From Octopus sinensis (taxonomy: Eukaryota): a stretch of DNA of 64,000 nucleotides. Shown one piece after another: positions 1 to 11,025 of the stretch (its first letter is position 1; each line of letters begins with the position of its first letter). Made by a program: the position numbers and the translations under genes. The notes beneath the pieces were generated by a model that was not told the origin of the DNA, ran no database searches, and saw only the letters and a program-made list of their open reading frames with translations. The stretch lies in NCBI RefSeq assembly GCF_006345805.1, contig NC_042997.1:208320001-208384000 (forward strand). The letters are read 5' to 3'.

Positions 1-149
1 TCATGGTTTTCTGTCCAGCCATTTCTTGTTATGTTTTCGCCTTCCATGCTCGCGATGTGGGCTCTGAATGGCCATGGTTATTAATCTAATATAATATCTC
101 ACTTAAGTACATATCATAGAGGAACACATTCCTTATAATTTTTTAATAG

Positions 150-730
150 GTACGATCATGCTTTGATCATGTATCATAATGAAGTACAATTCACTATTAT
201 AAGTAGATACAACAGGTTCCAACAGTCCCTCGAATTATAAATAGGGACCAAATAGTAAGCGACTGATTACTTAGTTCTGATCAGGTGTGACGACGAGGTT
301 CAATTCTCTACTGTAAGAAGGAATTTATAATGATAAATTACAGTCCAATGAATTTATCATTGTACGGTACAGCGCACTTCGTTGTAGTATGACGCCACAG
401 TGTGGCACAACTCCCCGCTGTAAGTATGTACCATTGTAAAGTACAGTCTGTGTAGCTGTAAGTAGGTACCACACTGACGTAGAGTTCACTATTGTATGTT
501 TGTACCATGGTGATGTAGTGCTCTCATCAGCGAGGTAAATTTCACTACTGTGCGTAGATACCTAGTCATTATCAGGTGTTATGAGATAAAGTCCGACTAG
601 CTGTATGTATGTACCATAATGAGGTACAGTTCACAATTGTAAGTAGGTACCGGAGTGGGATGCAATCCCTAGGATTGTGAATTGGTACCATAATGAGGTA
701 CAGTTCACCTATCTGTATGTAGGTACCACA
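150..730. repeat. Degenerate 36-38 bp minisatellite
   Basis: Unit like GTACCATAATGAGGTACAGTTCACAATTGTAAGTAG; GTACC anchors at 428, 466, 502, 611, 647, 685, 723 and a related unit at 171. Confidence 0.7.
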
Positions 731-983
731 TTGACATATAATTAATTGTCTCAAATTATGTTATTCCTTTAGCTTGTTGTCTTACAATTTGTTCGCTCCT
801 AGCAGGCACCATATTTCGAGGAAGGTACAACTTCCCTTTCATTTGCTCTGTTTTACAGAAACTAAGGTATGACGGGTGGCTTCTAGAAAACATAGTAATG
901 GAGGTTATAGAGGATGTTGAGATCTTCACGCGGTTCTAAATCTAGCTGTCGTTAGAAAGCAGTAGCTTGTTTGGATTAACTAT

Positions 984-1031
<48 letters not shown>

Positions 1032-1057
1032 TATATATTATTATTACTATTATTATT

Positions 1058-2215
1058 ATTCAGTAGTTTTATTTTTATAGCGTGTTTTCACTTCACTACC
1101 GAGCGCAGCTCTGTGTGCCTTAGGTATGTGCTGTGATTTGTTGTGATGCTTTGATGGTTATTGTATGGAAAGTGTTCTGCGTAGGATGTGTGCAGTGCAT
1201 AGTAGTGCAATTTTCTGTATGTTATATGTGTTTGTAAGTCCTGGTGTTTTTGTTATGTATTTGTCTGAATATTTTTTATCATGCCTAATGCACCTACTAT
1301 GATAGGAATTGTTTCTGTTTTCAGATTCCACATTCTGGTTACCTCTATTTCCAGGTCTTTGTATTTTGAAAGTTTCTCCATTTCTTTTAGAGACACGTTG
1401 TCATCTGCTGGTATTGATACATCAATTAGAAAGCATTTTTTTTCTTCATGATCTCTGACAACTATATCTGGTCTGTTTGCCTTAATTTCTCTATCTGTGT
1501 GTATCGGCATATCCCAGAGTATGGTTGCTTTCTCGTTTTCTGTGACCTTTTCTGGTGTGTGCCTATACCATCTTTTTTCTGTTGTTATTCCATAATGTTG
1601 GCATAGCTTCCAGTGTATGTAGGTTCCAACTCTGTCATGTCTGTGAATATATTCCTTCTTAGCCAGACTGGGCAGCCAGAGATAATATGATTTATGTTTC
1701 TTGTCCATCTCCACATATTCTGCAGTTACTTGTTATATTTCTTTTCATTACATGTTTTTAGTTATTTCTGGTGGGGAGGCTTTGGTCTTGTGCTGCAATT
1801 AAAAATCCCTCTGTTTCTGCTTTGAGTCCTGAGCTTCTCAACCATTGCTGGGATTTTTCTTTGTCTATTTCTTTTGCGTTTAGTTTAGTCCAGTATTTAC
1901 CATGAAGGGGCTTTTCTTGCCATCGTTTTATCATGGTTCGTTGCTGTTCTATTTTTAGTTTGGATTTCATTTGTTTTATATCTTTTGTTGTTTCTTCATA
2001 TTCTTCTTCTTCATCATATTTATGAGGTGGTATGATTTCTTGTTTGTATTTGTCAGCTTCCTTAAATACTGAGAACAGTTTTTTGTTTTGCTCGTGTTTT
2101 GCCGCTATTTGTATCAGTTTTCCTTCCTTCTGAAGTAGATATTTTTGCAGTCCTATGGTGGTTATTTTATAATAGTTTTCCAGCTGTATAAGGCCTCTAC
2201 CACCTTCTATACGTT
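1058..2215 (-). mobile_element. 5'-truncated R4/Dong-like non-LTR retrotransposon (RLE endonuclease end)
   Basis: ORFs 1253-1714 and 1758-1970 carry RHD, WD, RPDIV, IDVSIP and EK..KY restriction-like endonuclease motifs; near-identical to 36945-38010; (TTA)n on both flanks. Confidence 0.92.
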
Positions 2216-2223
2216 ATCATTAA

Positions 2224-2260
<37 letters not shown>

Positions 2261-2266
2261 GTTGTA

Positions 2267-2646
2267 GGAGGCGCAATGGCCCAGTGGTTAGGGCAGCGGA
2301 CTCGTGGTCATAGGATCGCGGTTTCGATTCCCAGACTGAGCGTTGAGAGTCTTTATTGAGCGGAAACACCTAAAGCTCCACGAACTCCGGCAGGGGATGT
2401 TGGTGATCCTTGCTGTACTCTTTCACCACAACTTTCTCTCACTCTTTCTTCCTGTTTCTGTTGTACCTGTATTTCAAAGGGCCGGCCTTGTCACTCTCTG
2501 TGTCACGCTGAATATCCCCGAGAACTACGTTAAGGGTACACGTGTCTGTGGAGTGCTCAGCCACTTACACGTTAATTTCACGAGCAGGCTGTTCCGTTGA
2601 TTGGATCAACCGGAACCCTCGTCGTCGTAACCGACGGAGTGCTTCC
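2267..2646 (+). mobile_element. tRNA-derived SINE, family B (full length)
   Basis: A-box TGGCCCAGTGGTTAGG, B-box GGTTTCGATTCCC; 4 more copies in window; followed by (TTG)n. Confidence 0.88.
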
Positions 2647-3213
2647 TTTATTGTTGTTGTTGTTGTTGTTGTTGTTGTTATTATTACAAGTTTGCAATAA
2701 AGATGGACAGTAAAAAATGGACGATGTTGATAAGGAACTGGTATCATAACAGTCAAAAATGATTAACCAAGAAAGATGCATAATAATAATAATACCTCAC
2801 CACACATTTTCAAATCAATGTTAGAAATTCAAAGTGATTGGTTACGAAATTTATGCCAGACCTTCTTCATTACTCACTGACATCTCTTCAACGGATTACC
2901 ATCTTCTCAAACACTTGGAATCGTTGATACGTAATAAAAGACTCGTGAATAAGAAGCCGTAGTTGAAGCATTTGAGTTGTTGAAAGTCTTAAAAGACGAA
3001 GTATTTCGAAATTAGGAAGATCTGATTGAGCATTATATTGTATATAATGGATTAATTATGGAATAAATATTACGATTAACTAAATTAGTCTCTAATCTAT
3101 TTACTGTGACTCTTAAAAAGTAACTTCTCCTTTGGCATAACCTTACGTATAAAATTACTACCACTAGCTTTTATAAAATGTTAAGTTCTAATGTTGATGT
3201 GAAAACGTTCATA

Positions 3214-3617
3214 TACTCTTTTACTCTTTTACTTGTTTCAGTCATTTGACTGCAGCCATGCTGGAGCACCGCCTTTTAGTCGAGCAAATCGACCCCGGGA
3301 CTTATTCTTTGTAAGCCCAGTACTTATTCTATCGGTCTCTTTTGCCGAACCGCTAAGTGACGGGGACGTAAACACACCAGCATCGGTTGTCAAGCAATGC
3401 TAGGGGGACAAACACAGACACACAAACACACATATATATATATATACATATATACGACAGGCTTCTTTCAGTTTCCGTCTACCAAATCCACTCACAAGGC
3501 ATTGGTCGGCCCGGGGCTATAGCAGGAGACACTTGCCCAAGATGCCACGCAGTGGGACTGAACCCGGAACCATGTGGTTGGTTAGAAAGCTACTTACAAC
3601 ACAGCCACTCTTGCGCC
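3214..3617 (-). mobile_element. tRNA-derived CORE-like SINE, family A (full length)
   Basis: Head GGCGCAAGAGTGGCTGTG, GGTTCAGTCCC B-box-like, CORE-like CTTGGGCAAGTGTCT, internal TA/TG tract, (GTAAAAGA)n tail. Confidence 0.9.
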
Positions 3618-3684
3618 TATATATATATATATAGGAAAAGAGTCAAGATAGAAAATGTTAAAATTATTTTATAAAAAAACATTT

Positions 3685-3720
3685 CAGTACCGGTTTCAGT
3701 CATTGAGACTTTTTCAACTG
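3685..3720 (-). ncRNA. Minimal type I hammerhead-like motif, U3-A8 core
   Basis: Minus strand CAG-UUGAAAA-AGUC ucaau GACU-GAAA-C CG GUA-CUG; palindromic ACCGGU helix III. Confidence 0.55.
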
Positions 3721-3865
3721 TAACAATTAAACAATTAATTTAGAAAAATTAAAAGAAAAGTATTTTTTAAAAGAATATTTGTATAGTGTTCAAATACAAG
3801 GGGCATTTTCGTTGTTTCTGCCTGTCTCTGTCTCTCTTGTTTACTCTGATATATATAATATATAT

Positions 3866-4037
3866 ACATATATACGACAGGCTTCTTTCAGTTTCCGTCT
3901 ACCAAATCCACTCACAAGGCATTGGTCGGCCCGGGGCTATAGCAGGAGACACTTGCCCAAGATGCCACGCAGTGGGACTGAACCCGGAACCATGTGGTTG
4001 GTTAGAAAGCTACTTACAACACAGCCACTCTTGCGCC
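3866..4037 (-). mobile_element. SINE family A, head half (duplicated)
   Basis: Matches 3445-3617. Confidence 0.88.
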
Positions 4038-4105
4038 TATATATATATATATATGGAAAAGAGTCAAGATAGAAAATGTTAAAATTATTTTATAAAAAAA
4101 CATTT

Positions 4106-4141
4106 CAGTACCGGTTTCAGTCATTGAGACTTTTTCAACTG
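4106..4141 (-). ncRNA. Minimal type I hammerhead-like motif, U3-A8 core (second copy)
   Basis: Same sequence as 3685-3720. Confidence 0.55.
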
Positions 4142-4264
4142 TAACAATTAAACAATTAAATTTAGAAAAATTAAAAGAAAAGTATTTTTTAAAAGAATAT
4201 TTGTATAGTGTTCAAATACAAGGGGCATTTTCGTTGTTTCTGCCTGTCTCTGTCTCTCTTGTTT

Positions 4265-4295
<31 letters not shown>

Positions 4296-4439
4296 AACAT
4301 ATATACATACATACATACATACATTCATACATGCATACGCACATTCATACATACGTACGTTCATACACACACGTACATACATATCAAAGTAATAGACTGG
4401 AAAGAATTTTTTTGCTTTATATATTCTCCATTCCACATG

Positions 4440-4626
4440 TTTCATTTGCTAATACGAGCTACAAAGTTGTACATGTAAGAGAAACATGCGAGATATTTCC
4501 TGTTAGAAATACTTCACAGAATCAAATAATACCACCTGATTCTGTATCTGAAGAATTTCTCTAATTGGATATATCTTACATGTTTCACCTACATGTACGA
4601 TTTTGTTGCTTTGTTCGCAAATGAAA
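4440..4626. repeat. Imperfect foldback (about 70-bp arms)
   Basis: TTTCATTTGC...GTACATGTAAGAGAAACATG versus CATGTTTCACCTACATGTAC...GCAAATGAAA. Confidence 0.7.
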
Positions 4627-4821
4627 TAAGTACAATAGGGAATAAATAATACCAATTTTTTTTCAAATCTCCAGTTTTCTTGCGTAATTACTCTGCAAAA
4701 AAAAACATTTGCCAGTATTTTCAACTTTTATGTCTACCTCACACAAATAGAACATCTACATACGACTTTTGAGTAGTGGGGTACGCAAATGCACTTCAAG
4801 AGGAGAATGATCTACCTAGAT

Positions 4822-4858
<37 letters not shown>

Positions 4859-5377
4859 ACACATATATATATATATATAGAATGTAAATAAGTAACAAGG
4901 ATGTACAGGAGTGACTTGCACTTTCTTGTTATTCATTTAAATTATGTGTATATGTGTGTGTGTATGTGTGTAAACGTGACCGTCGTCCATCTTTCTCTTC
5001 CTGCACGGAAAGTCGAATGACCGGACGTTTTTCCCCCCTTCTTCCATCTTTTCTCTTTTCAAAATCGTATTTCTCCCAGCGTTCACTATTTTCCTCTCGT
5101 TCTGGTCTAACGACTCTCCATGCTTGTTTTCGTTCGGTTTCCTTGTATGTCTCCACTGTCCTGTTTTGTTCCCAACTTTGACCCCCCCTCCATAAATCCC
5201 AAATTTTAGTTTCGTACTTATGGGAGCAACTGTCCTCGAAGACTCATATTGTCGTTGAATGTTCGAAATGAAGAGTACACAGACAGCCGACAACTGATGA
5301 AGGGTCCTTTCTCTGTATTTACTTGTCCTTTTCTCCATTTTCTTTTACGTTGGTCATGACCTGTACCCGTATATGCA

Positions 5378-5426
<49 letters not shown>

Positions 5427-5505
5427 GTTTAAGTAGTTGAATGAATTATCCTAGTATAAATATATATAATATATATATATGTGTGTGTGTAACGATGGTT
5501 TACTT

Positions 5506-5934
5506 TAGAAGCGTTGAGATGTCTTAGAAGTTAAAGAAGTAATTTTTAAATTCTCAAACGCAAGATAATGCTAATAATATACCCTGAATAGGATACCCCT
5601 ATTTTGCAGAAAAAAATGTTGGCGGCCAGGTATGAGACACGAACTCACACCCCCGTGATTACGCGTTGCGGTGCTCTGAACCATTAAGCTAATCTGTTAT
5701 CACCACAAATTCTTTCGCAAATTTAAGATACATAAAAATCTCGATTTATGAGATGCTATCGTAGGTCAAATTCAAAGTAGAAGCGTTGAGATGTCTTAGA
5801 AAGTTAAAGAAGTGAATTTTAAATTCTCAAACGCAGGATAATGCCAACTGGCCGCCAACACTTTTTTCTGCAAAATAGGGGTCGTTTATTCTGTTCAGGC
5901 TATATTATTAGCATTATCTTGCATTTGAGAATTT
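5506..5934. mobile_element. Composite direct plus inverted repeat element, probably PLE terminus-derived, with a tRNA-like segment
   Basis: Direct repeats 5506-5571 and 5778-5844; inverted repeats 5548-5629 and 5848-5934; tRNA-like minus-strand segment about 5626-5698. Confidence 0.55.
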
Positions 5935-6045
5935 ATATATATATATTATAATAAAGGGTAAAAGTCATTTATGATTTTACCAAGGGGTCAGCGCGGAAAT
6001 AAAAACCTTAGAGGTAAATTTTACATATATTATAATAATTATATA

Positions 6046-6483
6046 CATGATTATAACAAGGGAATGGCTTTAAGCCTCTCCACCCGCTAGAAAAATAGAC
6101 GCATTTACTGCAGAGTTGTTTTGATAAACTACACGTGGATGAAAAGAGAGATGAGAATTCTACATTATGGCATATTTTTACGTTTGTGTATACATATTGA
6201 TGTACGAAGTCGTTGCTCGTATACGTATGTATAGAGACTCGTAAATATATGCTATGGAGCATCGTTGCTGAAGAGACCAGTTGGTATAATTTTATTTACC
6301 TCAAGCTTGAAACGGGATCTTGTACACGTTTAACGAAAAGTTTAATTCATTATCAAACTTTTGCCCTACGGCAGCCCCAGTTTAATTTTTCGGAGTTGTT
6401 AAGGTGATGATAGCGTCTTTTGGCGTCTATTTTTCTAGCATGTCGAGAGGCCTATAGCCGATCCCTTGATATAATTATGCATG
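6046..6483. repeat. Degenerate inverted repeat pair
   Basis: 6046-6102 versus 6423-6483, sharing GCTAGAAAAATAGACGC and its reverse complement. Confidence 0.7.
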
Positions 6484-6593
6484 TAATTATTAATATATAT
6501 ATATATATATAAATGAGGGAGATAAATTAATATTAATTTTAAACCAGTTGCCTAGCATACAAAAATCTGAAAAATCAGAGAAAATTCTAATAC

Positions 6594-6705
6594 ATGTGTA
6601 TATTGAAAGGGCAAGACCGCTAGGTAGTCGGCCGTATGCTAGAAATAGATCTATTTCTAGCATACGGCCGACTACTTAGCGGTCTTGCCCTTTCAATATA
6701 TACAT
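6594..6705. repeat. 112-bp spacerless palindrome
   Basis: 56-bp arms centred at 6649/6650 with 2 G-T mismatches. Confidence 0.95.
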
Positions 6706-6708
6706 ATA

Positions 6709-6744
<36 letters not shown>

Positions 6745-6769
6745 TGTATGTATGTATGTATGTATGTAT

Positions 6770-7525
6770 ATATAGTTGATATTTACAGAAAAACAAAAGA
6801 CGAAGACAGGCGCATGAACGACAAGCAGGTGTATTAGTTTGACGTTCGTTTCAAACCTACGCTCCTCATCAGAAAGGAATAAGAGAAAATAAGCAGAGAG
6901 AGAATAAAAAAAACTTGTGGATTTAGCGGTGAAGCAGGGCGACTGGTTGGAAGAAAAAGGTTTGACATGAGAGGTGGAAAGAAGGGGAGATAATAGAGTA
7001 TTGGTGATCCCAAAACGAAAGTGCGCGTGCGGATGTGTGCATGTGATATTTTGTACGTGTGGATGGGGGCTAGTGACTTTGACGTGTGTGGATGTGTGCG
7101 TGTGTATGTGTGTGAGTCTACTATGTGTTGGTGTGTGGGTGATGGTGTGTAGGTTTACAGATGATGTTGTGTGAGTGTGCTGATGATGGTGGGTGGTCTG
7201 GGTGCTGGAGAGTGGTCAGTGCTAGTGTGTGTGGAGTGGTGTTGGGGTGTGGCGTTGGGGGGTGTTGGAGTGTGGGGTGTGTGGGGATATGGTGTTGGTG
7301 GAGGGGTTATCAATTAAGAGAGAAGGTGGGTAGGAGTGAAGAGAGGAATTAGGTGTCAGGTGAAGAGAGAAGAGGGGAGTCAGATGAAGAGAGGAGTGAA
7401 GTTGAGCTCATATGGCGCAAAAGAGGGAAGAGGGAAGACTAATTCTTGTTCACGGCGAAGGCGGGAGTCCAGTTGGCCCCTGTGCAAAGACATTCCGAAC
7501 ACAGACGGGTGTTGTAGTGAATGAT
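6770..7525 (-). mobile_element. Penelope-like element 3' remnant (GIY-YIG C-terminus, 3' UTR, terminal HHR-like motif)
   Basis: Minus strand translates to SVFGMSLHRGQLDSRLRREQELVF...APYELNFTPLFI* (stop 7380-7382); homologous to 32335-33335; CUGAUGA/GAAA motif at 6845-6876. Confidence 0.75.
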
Positions 7526-7585
7526 CTAGGTAAATATAAGCCTTCGAACAGAGACGTCAGTGGCGACACCTGCGGGTCTGACTGC

Positions 7586-7627
7586 GCTACATTGACAAGG
7601 GGCAATACCCCGAAACGCGTCTGTAGC
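7586..7627 (+). ncRNA. Type I hammerhead ribozyme, U3-A8 variant
   Basis: GCUACA-UUGACAA-GGGG caaua CCCC-GAAA-C GC GUC-UGUAGC; perfect helices I and II, ACGCGU palindrome, GUC triplet. Confidence 0.75.
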
Positions 7628-7841
7628 TGTCGGACTGGCAGTGTGAAGCGGCTGACCTCCCTTGTTCGAAGGTTATAATGGATACAGATCGTGTATCAAT
7701 AGCTATCTTGATGGCGGTGGCCTCATGGAGCTGACCATATTAATATGGCGATGACAATTAATTTATATATATATACATATATATATATACATACATATAT
7801 ATAAATACATACATACATAATACATATATGTATATAACTAA

Positions 7842-7910
<69 letters not shown>

Positions 7911-7924
7911 ATATATTATACACA

Positions 7925-8730
7925 CAGGGTGTTTCAAAAGATTTGCAATCATTTCGCATTCTAATAACTTTGCCATTTCTTGTTCAAATGACTTCACATT
8001 TTAACATCAAATGTGTAGAAACAGGTCAAAATTTTATGTTTAATGTTTTTATTTTATGTTTATCTTTTCAGGTATAAAAATGGCATCCACTGGAAGAGAT
8101 AAAGGTGTTTTGTGTGATGGAATATGCTCGAACACAGTCGAACAAGACTATGCAGCGTCTAAAAAGTCACCAACGGCAATGCAGATTTGGACATAGTGCA
8201 AAAACTTCAAAGAGGAAGGCTGTCTGTGCAGGGAAAAAGGATCTGGAGGACCACTAACCTCGGAAGAGACGGTCGAGCGGGTTCGCCAATAAGTTCACAA
8301 GAAGAACAAGTCGGGAAACTCAAACTCTTCCAATGACTGTTTGGCCCTTTCTGAGGAAACGCTTGCTAACGAAACCCTACAAACTGCATCTCGTTCGGGC
8401 CATAACAGCAGATGACAAGAGAAACTTGAAGAAGCCGAGTTCAAGGAACGTCTTGCTTTCAGTGATGAGGCCACATTTCATATGAATGGCAAAGCCAATA
8501 AGCATAATATTCTCATTTGGGGTGAAGAAAATCCTCATGCCACAGTTGAGCATGAGAGGGACTCACCAAAAGTGAATGTGTTCTGCGCCATCTCCAAGAA
8601 GCATCTTCATGACCCGTTTTTCTTTGAGGGAAATGTGACTGGCAAATGCTTCAAAACTGACTAATGGATGAGCTCATTACAAATGAACATGAAGACTGCC
8701 TTTTTCAACAGGACAGGGCTCCACCTGGTA
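7925..8730 (+). mobile_element. Decayed Tc1/mariner transposon (maT/DD37D-like)
   Basis: TIR-like CAGGGTGTTTCAAAA; FSDEATFH-NGKANKHN-IWGEENPH..HERDSPKVNVFCAIS and FQQD-like remnants, frameshifted. Confidence 0.85.
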
Positions 8731-9239
8731 CTTATTCTATCAATCTCTTTTGCTAAGCCGCTAAGTTACGCTACGTTAGCTTTTGGCGCACGAATGAGAG
8801 AAGAGTGCTCAATGAATGTTGCAGAGGATACGCTTTTTCTTATTGAAAGTAAAACTGAGAGTATTAGGAGTATTATGATCTAACAGAGTACTAACTACAA
8901 AAGTGAAAACGAAAATTGAGAAGGCGTTCGTCAGAAGGGGGAGAAAGCTAATGAAGTCGAAACTAAATGGTTTAAACCTTGTGAAGGCTGTAAATACTTG
9001 GACAGTATCATTATTTAGATACTTTTATCCATTTATACATTTTGTATAATTTCTCCATTATTATATATCTCTTTTTATTTGTATGCCTCTGTCTCTCTGT
9101 CTGTCTATCTAAGTCCATGCCTATATGTCCAATATGTCTGTCTCTCTCTCTGTATATGTCTCTTTGTCTCTCTGTTTTTCTGCTTGTCTTACTTGTCTGC
9201 CCTGTTTGTCTCACTATCTGTCTGAGTATAATTCCGTTA

Positions 9240-9266
9240 TCCATCCATCCATCTATCCATCCATCC

Positions 9267-9361
<95 letters not shown>
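9240..9361. repeat. (TCCA)n/(TATC)n microsatellite
   Basis: Direct inspection. Confidence 0.95.
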
Positions 9362-9362
<1 letters not shown>

Positions 9363-10695
9363 GGTCAGGCGATCCGTTTGCTGTCAACACCCGTTAAAAG
9401 AAGGACTGGGCATGCTGTGGTTGATGATGCGCAGACACGCGCTGAGACTGCGACATCTCAGGCTCTTCGTAGACGACGGTGAACAGGTGTGGTCGCTGTT
9501 TGCGAGGCACGCTTTCCCGCAACTCGTCTCCATGACCGAACTGCAATCGTGGATCAAAAAGAGGCCGAGGAAGAGCGAATGGCACCGCGAGTGTCGCGTT
9601 GATCTCAAGCAACTCTGCCGTCCCGGGTCGACCTTGAGTGACTCCATCACAACCAAAGCAATCTATAGGGGATTAGTGGAGGGGAGGTACGACGACGAGC
9701 TCAGGGCGAACCTGGACGTCGACGAGGAATACCTGACCCGCCTATTCGGGACGACTTTCGGGCCAGGTCCCATAGACAACTTCCAGAGATCCCTGGCCTG
9801 GCAGTGCTACCGAGAAGCGTTACCCTTTCGGGATAAGCTCTACAGACACGGCTCGAGAAACACGGGGCCGACCTGCCCGAGATGCGGTCAGAGCGACGAA
9901 ACCGTTCTGCACGCACTCGTGCAGTGTCCAACAATTTCCGACCTGTGGGCTTATGTCGAACAACTGCTGTCACGTGTGGGACGAGTCGGTTTATCAGCTG
10001 AGTCTATCGTCAATATTGTCACGCCTCCTTCCTTCAAACGGGAAGGAAGAGCTATTTTCATCATCCTTGTGGCTATGGCGAAAGAATGTATCTGGTGGAC
10101 GCGTCTGAAGGATTGGAGACAAACACTTTTCTCTCACTGGTCAATCTCTCATCAACTTTTTCAAGTACCACTTGAAAAGGAAAGTGAGAGTAGAGAGGCA
10201 AGTTCTGTCTAGCGAATGTTTTAAAAAAAGATGGGTGAATGTAGCAAGGAGGCACCTATGAACCCAGAAATTGAAAACAGAGGGTTATCCACTTGCAAAC
10301 AAATGTGGTAACATACAACAATATTGACCAAGGTTACCGTGGTCTTTTTCGTAGGCTTTTCTTCCCACGGATAAACCTTACTTGCTTTCCCCTTTACACC
10401 ATACATCATGACACTGTGATACACGATCCCTATTGATCATTTTTTCCTCTTCCCCTTTTTTTCCGCTTTTTTCTTCTTTTTTCATTTTTCTTTTCTTTTG
10501 TTCCTTTTCCTTTTTTCTTTTTCTCTTTTCTTTTTTTGTTCTTTTTTCCCTTTTACGATCCCTCTTGATCGAAAACCTACGTCACCTTTTTTTCTTTTGT
10601 TTTTTGTCTTTTGTTTTTCTTCATCCCCCAAAAGAAAAGCTCTACCTTGTAACTTGTCCCATCTGTGTGCAGCCCTGTGTGGCCAATAAAGAAAC
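9362..10695 (+). mobile_element. 5'-truncated L1/Tx1-like non-LTR retrotransposon
   Basis: ORF 9361-10212 with CPRCGQSDETVLHALVQCP zinc knuckle; T-rich 3' UTR ending GGCCAATAAAGAAAC; TATC repeats on both sides. Confidence 0.85.
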
Positions 10696-10837
10696 TTATC
10701 AATCTATCTATCAATATATCTATCTATCTATCTATCTATCTGTCTGTCTTTATGTCTCTCAGTATGTCTGTCTTTCTGCCTGCCTGCCTGTCTGTCTCTC
10801 TGCCTGTCTATCTGTATGTCTGTCTGTCTGTCTGATG

Positions 10838-10912
<75 letters not shown>

Positions 10913-10957
10913 GCCTGCCTGTCTATCTGTCTGTGTGTCTGTCTATCTCTCAGTCTG

Positions 10958-11025
<68 letters not shown>

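Larger units (their letters stand above)
3440..4280. repeat. Near-identical tandem duplication, about 421-bp unit
   Basis: 3451 aligns to 3871 and 3681 to 4102; differences limited to small indels. Confidence 0.9.

Noticed and set aside
2267-2340. tRNA genes at SINE heads
   Set aside because: A/B boxes are present, but there is no complete cloverleaf and each continues into a shared SINE body
5285-5310. CUGAUGA-AGGG hammerhead start (also 24510-24540, 47993)
   Set aside because: No matching helix II/GAAA/NUH arrangement
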